Counted from the first letter of the stretch, positions 22,172 to 34,092 are shown. The stretch: 64,000 nt of DNA from Vicinamibacterales bacterium (GCA_965222905.1 OZ244976.1:7301261-7365260), one strand, 5' to 3'. The notes: a model not told the origin generated them from the letters alone. Numbers and translations are program-made.

Positions 22172-23298
22172 TGCGTCGACGCCATGCCGGTGAACGTGAA
22201 CTTCTGCGCGCGGCGGCCGCGCTGCGCCTCGGCCGTGTACAGGTTGCCGTCGCTGTCGCTGGCCAGATGGTGGAGCGCCTGGAACTCGCCCGGCGCCGCG
22301 CCGATGTCGCCGAACGTGTCCAGCACCTCCAGCGTCGCCCGGTCGATCACGTGGATGTGCGAGTTGCCCTGGTCCGCCGAGTACATGAACCGCTGCTCCG
22401 CGTCGGGCGAGAACGCCAGCCCGGCCACCGTCGACGAGCTCTCGTCGCCGCGGTTGACGAAGCCCTGCGTCCGGTAGGCGCCGTCGAGGTCGAAGACCTG
22501 CACTCGGCTGTTGCCCCGGTCAGCCACGTACACGAGGCCGTCGCTCGAGACCTCGATGCCGTGCACGATGCCGAACTGCGGCGGCCCCCCGCGACCGTCC
22601 GGTTCCCCGCTCGCCTCCGACGGAGCGACCGGCGTGTTGGCGAAGGCGCCCCACATCCGCTTGTACTCGCCCGTGTCGGCGTCGAACACGATCACGCGCC
22701 GGTTGCCGTAGCCGTCGGCGACGAAGACCTCGTTGGTCGCGGCGTGCACGAACGACTCCGCCGGCCGCATCGGGTTCACCGTGTCGTCGTTGCCGCTGCT
22801 GCGCGCGCGCCCGCCGATCTGCAGCAGCAACTCGCCCTCCGGCGTGAACTTCAGCAGCATGTCGTCCGATTCCGGCTGCGCGCTGTTGCCGCCGATCCAG
22901 ACGTTGCCGTCCGAGGCCACGTGGATCCCGTGCTCGTTCGCGGGCCAGTCGTGGCCGTCGGCCGGACCGCCCCAGGCGCGGACGAACGTCCCGTCCTGCT
23001 CGAACGCCAGCACCGGCGGCGCAGCGGTCCCCTGGTCCTCGCCCACCGTGCGGGGCCGGTGCAGCACCCAGATCGTGTCGTCCGGGCCCACGGTCACCGA
23101 CGACGTCTGTCCCAGCACCCAGTCGTTGGGGATGCTCGGCCACGACGCATCGACCTCGAACTGGGGCACGCCGCCGTCCTGCTCGGCCGCGAATCCCTTC
23201 GGCTCATTCCCGAAGCCCGAGAGTCCGATGCCGAACGCGATGGCGAGCGCGACGACGAACGTTACAACCGGCAACCTGGCGATGGTTTTGTGGCGCAT
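22168..23298 (-). CDS. Secreted NHL-repeat beta-propeller (peptidyl-alpha-hydroxyglycine lyase-like)
   Basis: 'VADGYGNRRV', 'VYVADRGNSRVQVF' repeats. Confidence 0.8.
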   Translation of the reverse strand: MRHKTIARLPVVTFVVALAIAFGIGLSGFGNEPKGFAAEQDGGVPQFEVDASWPSIPNDWVLGQTSSVTVGPDDTIWVLHRPRTVGEDQGTAAPPVLAFEQDGTFVRAWGGPADGHDWPANEHGIHVASDGNVWIGGNSAQPESDDMLLKFTPEGELLLQIGGRARSSGNDDTVNPMRPAESFVHAATNEVFVADGYGNRRVIVFDADTGEYKRMWGAFANTPVAPSEASGEPDGRGGPPQFGIVHGIEVSSDGLVYVADRGNSRVQVFDLDGAYRTQGFVNRGDESSSTVAGLAFSPDAEQRFMYSADQGNSHIHVIDRATLEVLDTFGDIGAAPGEFQALHHLASDSDGNLYTAEAQRGRRAQKFTFTGMASTQ

Positions 23299-23810
23299 GT
23301 CTTCTCCTTCATCTTGAGCTATCCTACGGCAGGACGGTGGTACGAGTCCGCGTTCTACAAGGGGTGAGTCCCTCCGGCTTCACCAGCCCTCCGGGGCCCG
23401 GTGGACCGAGGCGCAAGCCCCCTTTCCTTTTCCTCACGTCGGGCTGACGATTGGGTGTGCTGCGCTGTGACCGGTACGTCCATTGCTTCAGCAAAGCGGT
23501 GCGGTGCACGCCGCGTCCCCCCGCGTTCCGGACCCCTACCGAACGGAGATGGCGCATTCCGGCAGCGTCAGCACGACTGGCCCTGCAAGAAACTGAATGA
23601 TACGCCGAGTCCCTCGGGTGCGCGGCGCCGGGGTCGAGCTCGAGCGGGGTCGGTTGCGCAGACGGTCTGTCGGTCCCCGAACGCGGGGGGCCATTCGTCG
23701 CCGGCAGTCGGTGCGCGGGGTGCGGACGACCGGATACCTGGATGGCCCGCAGGCCGAGAGGTTGCGCGGCCGGGCACGTCTCGGCCACCAGCGTTCGCAG
23801 ACGGCACGAC

Positions 23811-24344
23811 ACCGGATTCCGAGGGACTGGAGGTCGTGTTCCGGCAGTCGATCCAGAACAGCACGAACCCGGCGGAGTTCGAGGCGTATCTTCAGCAGTT
23901 CCCCAACGGGGTGTTCCGGGCGCTCGCGCAGGTCCGGTTGGCCGCGCTGCGGAGGTCGGCGCGGGGTGGGGCCCAGGCCGGACCGCGCATCGGTGGAGAC
24001 GGGTCGCGGACTTCCGGAGCGCGGGTCCCCGTAGCGCCTGCCTCGGTCTCTGGGATGGCGGCGGCCACCGATGCCTGGACGACTATCGGCGGACGGACAC
24101 CGGACGCCTCCTGGACGGCAAGCTCACCGGCCACTGGGTCGCCCGGGGGTCGGATGGGACCGTCGCTGAAGGCCCCACCGTAGACGGTGAGTGGAACGGC
24201 CACTGGGTCCGGCGCAATCCGAACGGGACCGTCGCGGAAGGTCCCGCCGTGGGCGGGACGTGGCACGGTCGCTGGATCATCCGCGATGCGAGCGGGGACT
24301 TTCTTCGCGAGGAATGGTGGGAGGATGGGCGGCGGACGCGATGA
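23811..24344 (+). pseudogene. Fragmented protein: 'FEAYL..FP.G.F..LA' motif followed (frameshifted) by MORN-like repeats
   Basis: Motif common in caspase-associated proteins; 'GHWV.R...GTVAEGP.V.G' repeated in a different frame. Confidence 0.55.
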
Positions 24345-24792
24345 GAACGGCCAGCCGAATCCGTTCGTGCGTCACCGCAGCCGGCGGAGGACGAGACGCA
24401 TGAAGGCCGCGCGTTCTTCGATACCCGGCGGTCCGGGCGGCTGTGCTCCGCTCGAGCACGTGACGCCGCCAACTCGGGTCGCACCCCTTGAAAGGGACCA
24501 AGGTGGAGCCGACTACCTGCCCGGTCGAGAGGCCAACAGACTGGCCGGGAACCGCACGCGCCACGTCGCCGACACCCAGCAGGCCCTGGCCACCGAACAA
24601 TCGGCCTCGAAGCGCGACCCACCCCTCGCGCCGAGCCACTCTCAGGCTGTGTCTATTGGAAGGTCACCCGGCAGCCAGACACGCGATGCGGTGACGCTCA
24701 CATCGACGGCGACGGTTACAGCGATCTCTGGCCTGTGCGCGTGGGACGGGTCGAACAGCTGACGGATGGCTTGCGTATATTCAAGTAGGACC

Positions 24793-25293
24793 ATGCTCAA
24801 TTCAGCGCGAGACGTTTCCGACACTCCGCGGGCGCCGGGCTTCCTTCCCACGGTTTGGCGCGGCGTTCGGCGACGCTGCCCACATTGCGGGCGCGGACCG
24901 CTGTTCGTACGCTGGATTACGCCCCACCGGAGATGCACCGACTGCGGCCTGGTCTACCTCCGCGACCACGGAGACATTTGGTTCTTCTGGATCGTGATGG
25001 ACCGCATCCCGATCCTGCTCGGTATCGCGGCGATCTTCTTCGGTTTCCGCATCACGAGCTGGCTGAACGGCATCGGTTTCTTCCTTGCGATCGCCGGTCC
25101 GCTGGTCGCGACCATGCCGCAACGGCAGGGAGCGGCTATAGCGCTCAGCTACCTGTCGCGAGTTTACTTCCGCGACCCTTCCGACGAGTTGCCGGAGCCG
25201 GTCGACGATCCGCCGGATGGGTCTGCGCGCTGCGGTGGTGCCATAGAGAAGTACACTGATGCCATAGGAAAAGACACAAATGCCCTGTCGTGA
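24793..25293 (+). CDS. DUF983 family membrane protein
   Basis: 'RCPHCGRGPLF...RCTDCG' followed by two TM helices. Confidence 0.7.
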   Translation: MLNSARDVSDTPRAPGFLPTVWRGVRRRCPHCGRGPLFVRWITPHRRCTDCGLVYLRDHGDIWFFWIVMDRIPILLGIAAIFFGFRITSWLNGIGFFLAIAGPLVATMPQRQGAAIALSYLSRVYFRDPSDELPEPVDDPPDGSARCGGAIEKYTDAIGKDTNALS

Positions 25294-25585
25294 AGTGAAT
25301 ATGGAAAACAAATCGGCAGTATTGCCGCCAGAACCACTGAGAGCCTACGATGGCGCGTCCGTAGTTCAGTCATGGTCACGGCTGGCGCCCATCAGGTGGC
25401 GGACAGCTCGCGTTGACTCGGATGTCGGAAGTCCGCGCCGGACCGTTCCGACCGGCGCGGTTGCGACAGCTTGAGTTCGGCTGCGATTGGTGCGGATGTC
25501 AAGGGCCGCCGGCTGGGCGAATAGTTTCGACGCGGCGGCGGCGCCCAGTCGGCGGTGCTCGGCACCGCGTGACGGCGGCTCGGAC

Positions 25586-26437
25586 ATGAGTTTGACGATC
25601 CCGTCGCAAATGACCGCCGTTCAGCTCTTCGGCCACGGCGGACTCGACAAGCTGCACTACCGCGACGATGTTCCGACGCCGTCCGCGGACGCTGGCGAAG
25701 TGCTACTGAAGGTACTGAAGGTGGCGGCGGCCGGCGTCAACAACACCGACATCAACACGCGCATCGGGTGGTATTCGAAGCCGGCCGGCGGTGCGGCCGG
25801 TGGCCCGGACGGTCTGGGCGAGACCGGCGAGGCGGCGACCGGCTGGTCGGGCGTGCCGCTGGCGTTTCCTCGCATCCAGGGCGCCGATTGCTGCGGTCGG
25901 ATCGTGGCCGCGGGCGACGGCGTGGACCCGAACCGCATCGGCGAGCGTGCGATCGTCCGCCCGATGTTGCGCAGCCCGGTGGGCTACCGGCGGTTCGAGT
26001 GCTGGACCTTCGGTTCGGAGTGCGACGGCGCGTTCGCGCAGTACGCCAAGGCCCCCGCCTGCGAAACGCATGCGGTGAACTGCGATTGGTCCGATGTGGA
26101 GCTGGCTTCGGTCCCCTCTGCGTACTCCACGGCCGAAAACCTGCTGCAGCGGGCCTCGGTAGGCGCCGAACGCGTGCTCGTGACCGGGGCTTCGGGCGGC
26201 GTCGGGTCGGCCGCGGTCCAACTGGCGAAACGCCGCGGCGCCTGCGTCATCGCCGTCGCCGCCCAAGCGAAAGCCGTTGCGGTGCGCGCCCTCGGGGCGG
26301 AGGAGGTGGTGGACCGCGACGCCGACCTGGTGGCCGCGGTCGGCCGAGACGGCGTCGACGTCGTCATCGACGTCGTTGCCGGCGCATCCTGGCCCCGGCT
26401 CCTCGAGGTGCTCCGGCGTCGACCGGCGGTCGAGTGA
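25586..26437 (+). pseudogene. MDR-family alcohol dehydrogenase/quinone reductase, C-terminally truncated
   Basis: 'AAGVNNTDINTRIGWY', 'FPRIQGAD', 'VLVTGASGGVGSAA'; ends abruptly at the uvrA-like fragment; in-frame 9-bp duplication at 25704-25721. Confidence 0.8.
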
Positions 26438-26639
26438 GCTGCGGCAGCCGGCGCCGGGCGTACGTGCTGAACGTCTCGACGTGCTGGCGCTGCGCCTCGG
26501 TGCAGATCGTGTCGAAGACGAGCGACGACTTGCCGCTGCCGCTCACGCCGGTGAAGGCGACCAGCCGGTGCTTCGGAACGTCGACGTCGATGCCCTTGAG
26601 GTTGTGCGTGAGGGCACCTCGGATCTCGATGGAGGTCAT
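26418..26639 (-). pseudogene. N-terminal fragment of a UvrA/DrrC-like ABC ATPase
   Basis: '[19 protein letters not shown]...[20 protein letters not shown]...ETFSTYAR'; only about 74 codons remain. Confidence 0.8.
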
Positions 26640-27194
26640 CGAGCATCTTCTTCCCTCACCGGCGCACTGGTCCAGCCACGTCAGTCGCCGTTCGGCGGCG
26701 CTGACGACGCGCATGCCAGTCCGGGGGCGGCGGAACGGGTCGCCGGTTATCGGGCTCGAGGCCGCTGAAACTGTTCAGGCAGAAACGAGCGTTGTGCCTG
26801 ACAGGATGATCGTTCCGGTCTCCGACGCCCGACTTGTCTTCCGCCCCTGTTGGTCGCCGGCAAGATACTGCCGCTCAGGTCGATCTGGCGCCCGGTCAAG
26901 GGCGACGAAATGGCTCACGGGGGGCTCAGGCCGAGTCCTTACAGTGTATTTCTGCACGAATCGTGTAGGTACCCTGACTCGAACCGCTGGACCTCGATGA
27001 CCGAGCCCGGGCAGCCACGCGGCCGGACGCTGTCGGCAATCCGCGGGACGCACAGACAGGGGCGCTGCGCCGGGATGTCGCCGATGAACGGCCGGTACGG
27101 GTCGGCGCTGGATCGGCACACGCCGCGGCCGACACTGCCTTGCTCGTACACCACCATGGCGAAACGGCTGCGGCGCCAAGCGTGGTGTCGCTCG

Positions 27195-27680
27195 TCACCC
27201 GTATGGATTCCACGCCGGAGCGCCGGCCCGGAGCGCCGCCTCCAGCCGGCGCTGGATGTTCTCGGGCGTCAGGCTCGACGCACCGCCCTCCCGGTACATT
27301 CGCGGGGTGATGTGCTCGACCCCCTCGAAGCGCCATCGGCCGTCGGCCCCGTCCTCGCGGGTCAGTTCGACGGCCAGCGCAGCCAGGTCGACGCGCAGCG
27401 CCGGCCGACACGAGGCCATCTGGACCCAGCTCTCGTAGCGGTAGCGGAACTCCACGCGCGGGCCGTGGACCAGCAGCAGCCGGGTGGCCGCCGTGCGAGT
27501 GTGCACCGCCATCGGATGCCACTCGCCGGCGGACGGTCCCCGCACGACGGCCAGGTCCAGCTCCGGCTGCTCTTCGATCGTGATCCGGCCGGCGTCGAAG
27601 AGACGCTCCGTGTTCGTGAGCGCCGCGTCCTCCGGGCCCCACAGCGATCGGTACTCATCGACATCGGCGAGCAGCCACTT
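27195..27680 (-). pseudogene. C-terminal fragment of a DUF6687-like protein
   Basis: 'LDLAVV...HPMAVH...YRYESWVQ...RVDL' recalled motif; no convincing N-terminus. Confidence 0.45.
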
Positions 27681-27779
27681 CGGTCGCGCTGGTGAACCGC
27701 ACCGCGCCCTGGATGCGGCCGGCGGCAACGTGGCGCGCGGTCGTGATGAACGGCGTTCGGCTGGGGTGAGCCGTGGAAG

Positions 27780-28046
27780 TCAGGTGCCGAGCATGCGCAG
27801 GATGGCGACAGCGGCACCGATGACGGCGGCGAGGATCACACCGGTCTGCGCGAGCATAGCGGCGGCGAACCGCCATGTCAGGCGGGCCTCCAGCTCGGCG
27901 AGCCCGGCCTTGAACTGGTCGGGCGTCACGTGGTCTCCGTGGTCGGCTGCCTCTCGGACGGCGGCCGTGATGGCGTCGGCGAGCTTCGAGTCGGCACCGG
28001 CGTCGGTCAAGGTGCGGGCGATAGCATGGGTGTCGAGAGTGGCCAT
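27780..28046 (-). CDS. Small coiled-coil membrane-anchored protein (DUF1640/CCDC90-like)
   Basis: 'LDTHAIARTLTDAG...ADAI', 'LEARLTW' plus C-terminal TM helix. Confidence 0.65.
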   Translation of the reverse strand: MATLDTHAIARTLTDAGADSKLADAITAAVREAADHGDHVTPDQFKAGLAELEARLTWRFAAAMLAQTGVILAAVIGAAVAILRMLGT

Positions 28047-28290
28047 ACGTCGGAAAATCTTCTCCTTCCAGTCTACCCTCCCCCGGCGAACGCCGGCTCA
28101 TAACCGGGAGGCCGGCAGCGTCAACGACGTCGAGCAGCGGACACCGGAGCGCCGTGGCCGGTTCCGGCCAGAGCGGTAGCAGTGGCGTCGTGTGCGTGGC
28201 GTAGCGGTCGACCACGAGCGCCGGCAACGCCGCTTCCCGGTCCGACGGCCGGATCACCGCGAGCAGTCGTCGGTCCCCCCTCACGCCGGA

Positions 28291-29838
28291 CTACCTACGC
28301 CGCCCGAAGTTCATGATGCCGTAGAGGCTGACGCGATGGTCGGCCCCGGCTCCGGGGCGGCCGGAGCGCTCACCCATGAATTCGATCTGCACGGGGCTGT
28401 CGAGTTCGCCCCCGAACAGGCCCAGCATCCCCAGGTTGGCGCCTACCTGCAGGTGCCGCCCGCTGCCCATCTGCCCGTAGCCGCCGAAGGGCGTCAGCAA
28501 CCGTCCACCCGGCAGCGGCAGCCCGTAGCCGACACGCGCGTCGACCCCGGCGTCGTCGCGGCGCGGCCCCTGGGTGCAGCCCTGGAACTGGTCCTGCCAC
28601 AGCGACTCGGCGCCGTAGCCGGGCGCGCCCCAGCGCGGCCGCAGCGACGCCGTCAGACCCGGCTCGTACTGGCCGCCGCCGACGGTGGCCATGACGCTGA
28701 CGCCCCGCTCCTCGTAGCCGGTCGCCGTATGCAGGGCCAGCATCCGGCCTTGCGCCTCGATGCGCACCCGGCCGCCGGTCAGGCGCAACCCGCCGGCCAT
28801 CTCCAATCCCACCCCGGTCTGACCGGCCCCGCCGTCGTGCCGCGTGCTCAGCGCCCCGAACGGCGCCAGGCGCACGCCGCCCGGACCGCCCCGCGGCAGG
28901 GTCACCTCGACGCCGGTCCGCACGCGCCGCACGCCTGCTTCGAGCGCGTCGACCGTCTGCTCGCCGTCGCCGGTCCGCAGCCGCGCCCACGACGCCTCGC
29001 CGCGCAGGGCCACCTCCAGCCCGCCGGACAGCGTCGCCAGCCGGCGCCGTCCTTCGACCAGGTCCAGCCCCAGGCTCAGCGGGCTCTCGCCCCGCGTGCC
29101 GGTCAGCTCCCGCACGTTCTCCGCCGTGCCCCGGCCCAGCCCCGCCAGCGCCCACACCGCCGTCTCCCGGCCGCCCCAGCGCACATACGGATGCAGCACC
29201 GTCAGCTCGGTGCCCAGCCGGCCGCTGGACAAGCCCATCTGCCAGTTGCCCGTCCCGCCGCTGCGCGCCACCGCCACACCTGCCAGCCACCGCTCGCTCA
29301 GCCGCGTGTCGACACCCAGATAACCCGTCCGCAGGCCACCGTCGTAGCTCGACGTCTCGGCCGGCGCACCGCGGAACGACTGCAGGTCGCCCTGTCCCCA
29401 CACGGTCCACCGGGCGCCGCCCCCGCCGCCCGACGGCGTCTCCTGCCCCCCGAACGACAGCAGCACGTCGGTCCCCTGCAGCAGCCGGTCCCGGCCGCCG
29501 CCGGGGCCACCGAATCCGCCGCCCATCAGGCCCGCCGCCCCGGGCCGCTGCAGCCGCGGGTCCGCCGAGGTGCCCACCAGGTCGGTGGCCGAGCGCCGCT
29601 GCTGCAGCGTCGCCGCCCGGAAGAGCATCTCGTGCGACGGCTCCAGGCCGCCGGCCCCCATCCGGTCCCACGCGTCGAGCGACAGGTACTGGCCCGCCAC
29701 CATCAGCCGCGTCAACCCCCCGCCGCCCGTCTCCAGACGGCGGCCGATGGCCAGCCGCGCGCTCGACAGGTGTCCGCGGCCCAGCGCGGCCAGCGTGTCG
29801 GTCAGCACACCGCGCACCAGCCGGTCGGCCACCGTCAC
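28291..29838 (-). pseudogene. Autotransporter-like outer-membrane beta-barrel, 5'-truncated
   Basis: 'WTVWGQGD...YDGGLRTGYLGVD', 'RHDGG...TGVGLE.AGG', amphipathic strands, near-terminal F; no signal peptide or passenger. Confidence 0.7.
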
Positions 29839-29839
29839 C

Positions 29840-31905
29840 GCGACCCACGTGCGGACTCTGACCGGGCTGCACGAGACGAGCTCGCTGCGCCTGGGCCTGG
29901 GACTTCTGGAAGGCCGGAGACGGGTGGCGACGATGGGTCGCGGGCTGGAGATCGGGATACGCGGTGAAGCGTCCTGGGCTCTTCTCGCTACCGGTGGCGG
30001 CAGCGAGACTGTCGACGATCTTCAAGCCGGGGTGCGGCGCCTGCGGGGCGGCGTCGAGTTGACGCGTGCACTGTCGGGGCCGCGCGGGCTGACGTTCACC
30101 CCGTTCGGTGCGGTCAGCACGCGTCGCGACGGCGGTGCGGGCCAGACCGGCGTCGGGTTGGAGGTAGCCGGCGGGATGCGGGTGCGCAGCGGCCGCCTGC
30201 AGGTGGAGGCCCAGGGCCGCCGGCTGGTGTTGCATTCGGCGACGGACTATGAGGAGCAGGGTGTGAGCGTGGCGGCGAGCCTGGGCGCCGGGCCGTACGA
30301 ACCCGGCCTCACGCTGTCGGTACGGCCGACCTGGGGCGCTCCCGGCATGGGAGCGGAGACGCTGTGGCGGGACCAGATTTACACCTACATGCCGGGCGCC
30401 GGCTACGACGCGAGCGCGATCGATGCCCGGCTCGGCTACGGAATGCGGCTGCCTGGGGGCGGCCTGCTGACTCCGTTCGGAGCGTACGGGCAGCGGTACG
30501 GCAGTGGCCGGCGACTCCAGGTGGGCGCACTGGTGGGTTCGATGGGACGGATGCGCGGTGCTCTCGATGCTCCGATCCAGCTCGAGGTGTCGGGAGAGCG
30601 CTACGACCGCCCGGACGGTAACTCCGACCATCGTGTCGGCATGTTCGGCGTTGTCAACCTGGGTGGCAACGCCCCGAGTCACGGAACGACGACCGGCATG
30701 GAGGCCACCACGATACCGGCGGCCGTCACCGAGGTCGCCGGCGGCGACGTGGCATCGACGGAGGTTTCAACATCGGTGAACGGGTACGTGAAGGCTGCTC
30801 CGGTCGCGGCGGGGCGTGGCTCGTCCGTCGCGCCGGCCGCTACGCCGCAGCCGCCGGATAGCGGCTTCGAGTCGAGTCCGTCGGTGGTTGCCAGTGCTGC
30901 CCGGCGCGATGCGGTCGAGGTGCCGCCCACGTCGAGTCGGGGGCAGCGATCTGCACCAGTGTCGGAGACCCGCAACGTGAGCGGAAGGCCCGCCGGTTCC
31001 CAGTCGAATCGACCGCCGATGTTCTCGGCGCTCGACTACGCGTTCGAAGTGCCGGCTCGGCGGGACGGACACGCGATGGCCGTGCCGCTCGGCGTAGTGC
31101 TGGCGCAGGACCCCGACCGCGGTCCAGTTACCTACTCCCTGACGGCTGGTGACTGGACGCGCTTCACGGTGGACCCGTCCAGCGGAGCCATCACCTACTT
31201 GGGCCCGGACCTGCCGGGAACGCGGCGGTACACACTGCAGGTGACGGCGCGCAACACGGCTCGGCGGACGGCGACCACGACGGTGATAGTTTAGTTACCG
31301 TGGCATCGGCACCGGACGTGCAGGATAGCGCGGCGACTCGCGCCACCGCCGCGGCGCCGCGAACGGCGGTTACGCTTGTGGGCACAGAAGCGTCGCGTAC
31401 TGAGGGGGCTCGTGCAGTCACCGTGTCGTCGCAACGTGCCGGGGCTCGTGCGGCCACCGCCCCACCACGCACCCCTACCGTCCCTGCAGCGGCGGCTGCG
31501 CAGCCCACTGCAGCACTTCCCGCTTCCGTCGCGCGATCCATTGCGGCGGCTCGCGCGGCCGCCAAAGCACGCTCGGTTTCCGCTCCTCGGCCGGCGCCCT
31601 CTGCACGGCGCAGCGCGACAGCCCGCGCGATTACCGCCCGGCGACGCACCGCGTCGGCCGATTCGACACGAACGTACATGGGAATGCCGGTGCTGATCGA
31701 CGTGCTGGCGAACGACCCGGCCCGTTCCGGGCTGCAGATCGTCTCAGTGACGCAGCCGGCGTACGGGACCACAGTGGTGATGAACGGCATGGTGCGGTAT
31801 GCGCCGGTACCCGGTCACCGGGGCCGAGACACGTTCACCTACTCGGTGGTGGGCGACGACGGACGGATGGCGCGAGCCACGGTGACGGTGATCACCGTCG
31901 GCTGA
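29840..31905 (+). pseudogene. Paralogous beta-barrel (5'-truncated) with C-terminal cadherin-like and Ig-like (Big_9) domains, frameshifted at 31287-31296
   Basis: Homologous to the 3' half of 28291-29838; 'NRPPMF...AQDPD...VTYSL' cadherin-like; 'IDVLAND...G.DTFTYSV' Ig-like; TAGTT duplication breaks the frame. Confidence 0.7.
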
Positions 31906-32057
31906 GAGGACTCCGGCAAGAGTGAGCGGGAGCATCCGGGCGAGCGAGCTGGTGCGCCGGGCTGACCTGCCTCAGGATGAAGTCGTTTCGCCCAGCCGGT
32001 CAGCAACCGGGTTCAGGCGGGCCACGACATCGCCCGGTGGCAGGAGCCCGTCACGCC

Positions 32058-32120
32058 GCGCCAACATCGACAGCCGACGGATGGTGCTGCGGGTCGCCAA
32101 CGGCAAAGGACAGAAGGACG
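32058..32120 (+). pseudogene. Tyrosine recombinase shard
   Basis: 'NIDSRRMVLRVANGKGQKD' patch typical of XerD-like integrases. Confidence 0.5.
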
Positions 32121-32651
32121 ATCGTCTCGAGGAGCGCCCGAACCGTGTCCCAGGGCAGCGCCCGGGGGAGCTTCTCGCCCCGATACACGCGGGGCGTGTC
32201 GATCTGCGTGTCGAGCCCGGTCGGGATCTCGCCGGCAGAGGCCAGGAACCGGAGAAAGGCTCGCAGGTGGGCCACCACATGCTGGAGGGATGCACGCGAC
32301 TGGCGGGGGGCGACGGCACGCACGAAGGCGTCGAGATCCTGGCGGCCAAGCGCGGCGAGTCGCGTCGGGTCCTCCTCGTAGCCGATGTGGGCCAGCAGTT
32401 CGCCCGCCGTGCGGCCATGGTGGGTGACGGTCGACGGCGCGAACCCCCGGACCTGCTCCAGGTAGGTCCTGTAGACGGCGACTCGTTGCTCGATGCGGGT
32501 CAACGCGGGCGGCGGACATAGCGACAACTCGGACTCGCAGTACCGCGTCAGCTGCCGCACCAGGACCGCGAGATTTGGATCCTCCTGTGAATCCGTGGGA
32601 GCACAGGCTCGCAACTGCGCTCTGGTCAGGACCGTAAGGGCTCGCACGCCG
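32121..32651 (-). pseudogene. Internal fragment of a RitA-like recombinase, diverged copy of about 59850-60370
   Basis: Near-identical translation 'DSQEDP.LAVLVRQL...QIDTPRVYRGEKLPRALPWDTVRALL'. Confidence 0.85.
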
Positions 32652-33270
32652 CGCTCGGGACACAGCCCGGCCCAGGCGGCGAGACGACTGCCGGCGCCGA
32701 ACACGCTCGGGTCGGGACCCATCTCACCCAGGATGGCGCAGGCCGAGGTGTGGTCGATGCCGGGGATGGTTTCCAACAGGCGGCACTGCGTCGTGTAGTC
32801 CGTAAGCGCGTTGTCGATGTGCCGGTCGAAGTCCTGCACGCGCCGGTCGAGGTCGTCGTGTCCGGTGATCAGGTCGGCGAGCAGGAGGCGATCGGTCTCG
32901 CACAGTGTCAGCCGCAGGGCATCACCGAGCAGCTCCAGGCGCGAGCGAACGTGCCTGCTGAGCGAGTTCAGGATCTCCGTGCGAGGCCGTCGGGCGACCA
33001 GGCCGTCGAGGATGCGCCGGCCGTTGAGGCCGAAGACGTCGCTGAGCACGCCCCCGATGCGGATGCCGCTGCGGTCGAGAACCTTCTGCACGCGGATGCG
33101 GGTCTAGCTGCGCTGCGCGACCAGCGTGCGCCGATGGCGGACCAGATTCCGCAGGTCGCAAAACGCCTCGTCGGGAACGAAACTCGGCTGTCCGAACCCG
33201 AACTGACACACCCGGACCAACCAGCGGCTGTCTTCGATGTCGGTCTTGCGGCCGCGCAGTTGCCGCACGT
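32652..33270 (-). pseudogene. IS110 family transposase fragment
   Basis: 'GRKTDIEDSRWL', 'LSDVFG.NGR.IL', 'LLETIPGI...LAAWAGLCP'; in-frame TAG near 33105. Confidence 0.8.
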
Positions 33271-33309
33271 CTCGGCGCCAAGGGGGTTGGCGAGGCCGGG
33301 ACCATCGGC

Positions 33310-34092
33310 TCGGGGACGACGGCGGCCGACGGGCGGGGGCGGAACAGCCCGTACACGGCGGCGCTGCTGGAGCACCTGGAGCAACCGCTGGAGATCGGGC
33401 TGCTGTTTCGAAGGGTGCGTGCGCAGGTCCTGGCGTCGACGAGCGGTCAGCAGCGGCCGCACGAGTACCACTCCCTGCTGGGCGAGCACTACCTGAGCGT
33501 GCCGCCGACGGCAGACTCCGTCACGGTGGTGGCAACGCCGGCGTCGGTGCCAGACGTTGTTCCTGTCGACGTCGAGCAGATGGATGCCGCTCAACTCAGG
33601 CTGCTGGCCGAACAGGGAGACGCGCCGGCGCAGTTCGAGCTCGGCTGGCGGCACGTGACGGGAGAGGGCGTGCGCGAGGATCAAGCCGAAGCCGGTCGCT
33701 GGTTCCGACGCGCCGCCGAACAGGGATACGCGGACGCGGAGGAGAGAGTCGCCTTCGGGTACCAGAACGGCCACTACGGGTTCCAATCGGACTACGGCGA
33801 GGCCGCTCGCTGGTACCGGCGCGCAATCGACCAGGGAAACGCCGACGCAATGAACAACTTCGGCTGGATGCACTCGCGGGCTGGGCTTCCAGCAGGACTA
33901 CGCCGAAGCGGTTCGCTGGTACCGACGCGCCGCCGAACAGGGAAACGCCTCCGGGCAATACAACCTCGGCAGCATGTACGAGCGTGGTCGCGGCGTGCGT
34001 CGCGATCGATGGGAAGCGGCCCGGTGGTACCGCATGGCGGCCGATCAGGGCCATGAGGGCGCACAGAAGGGCGCTCGATCGCCTTCGGTGAA
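33310..34092 (+). pseudogene. Caspase-family (C14) C-terminal fragment with SEL1-like repeats, frameshifted
   Basis: 'GGNSPYTAALLEHL...LFRRVRAQV...QRP'; 'LAEQGDAPAQFELG', 'AARWYRRA.DQG'. Confidence 0.75.

Noticed and set aside
26961-26996. tRNA-like GGTTCGAGTC on the minus strand
   Set aside because: The T-stem does not pair, and there is no acceptor stem or CCA.
31961-32004. Hammerhead-like ribozyme (GCTGACC...GGTCAGC hairpin with GAAAC)
   Set aside because: No CUGAnGA core in the required order on either strand.
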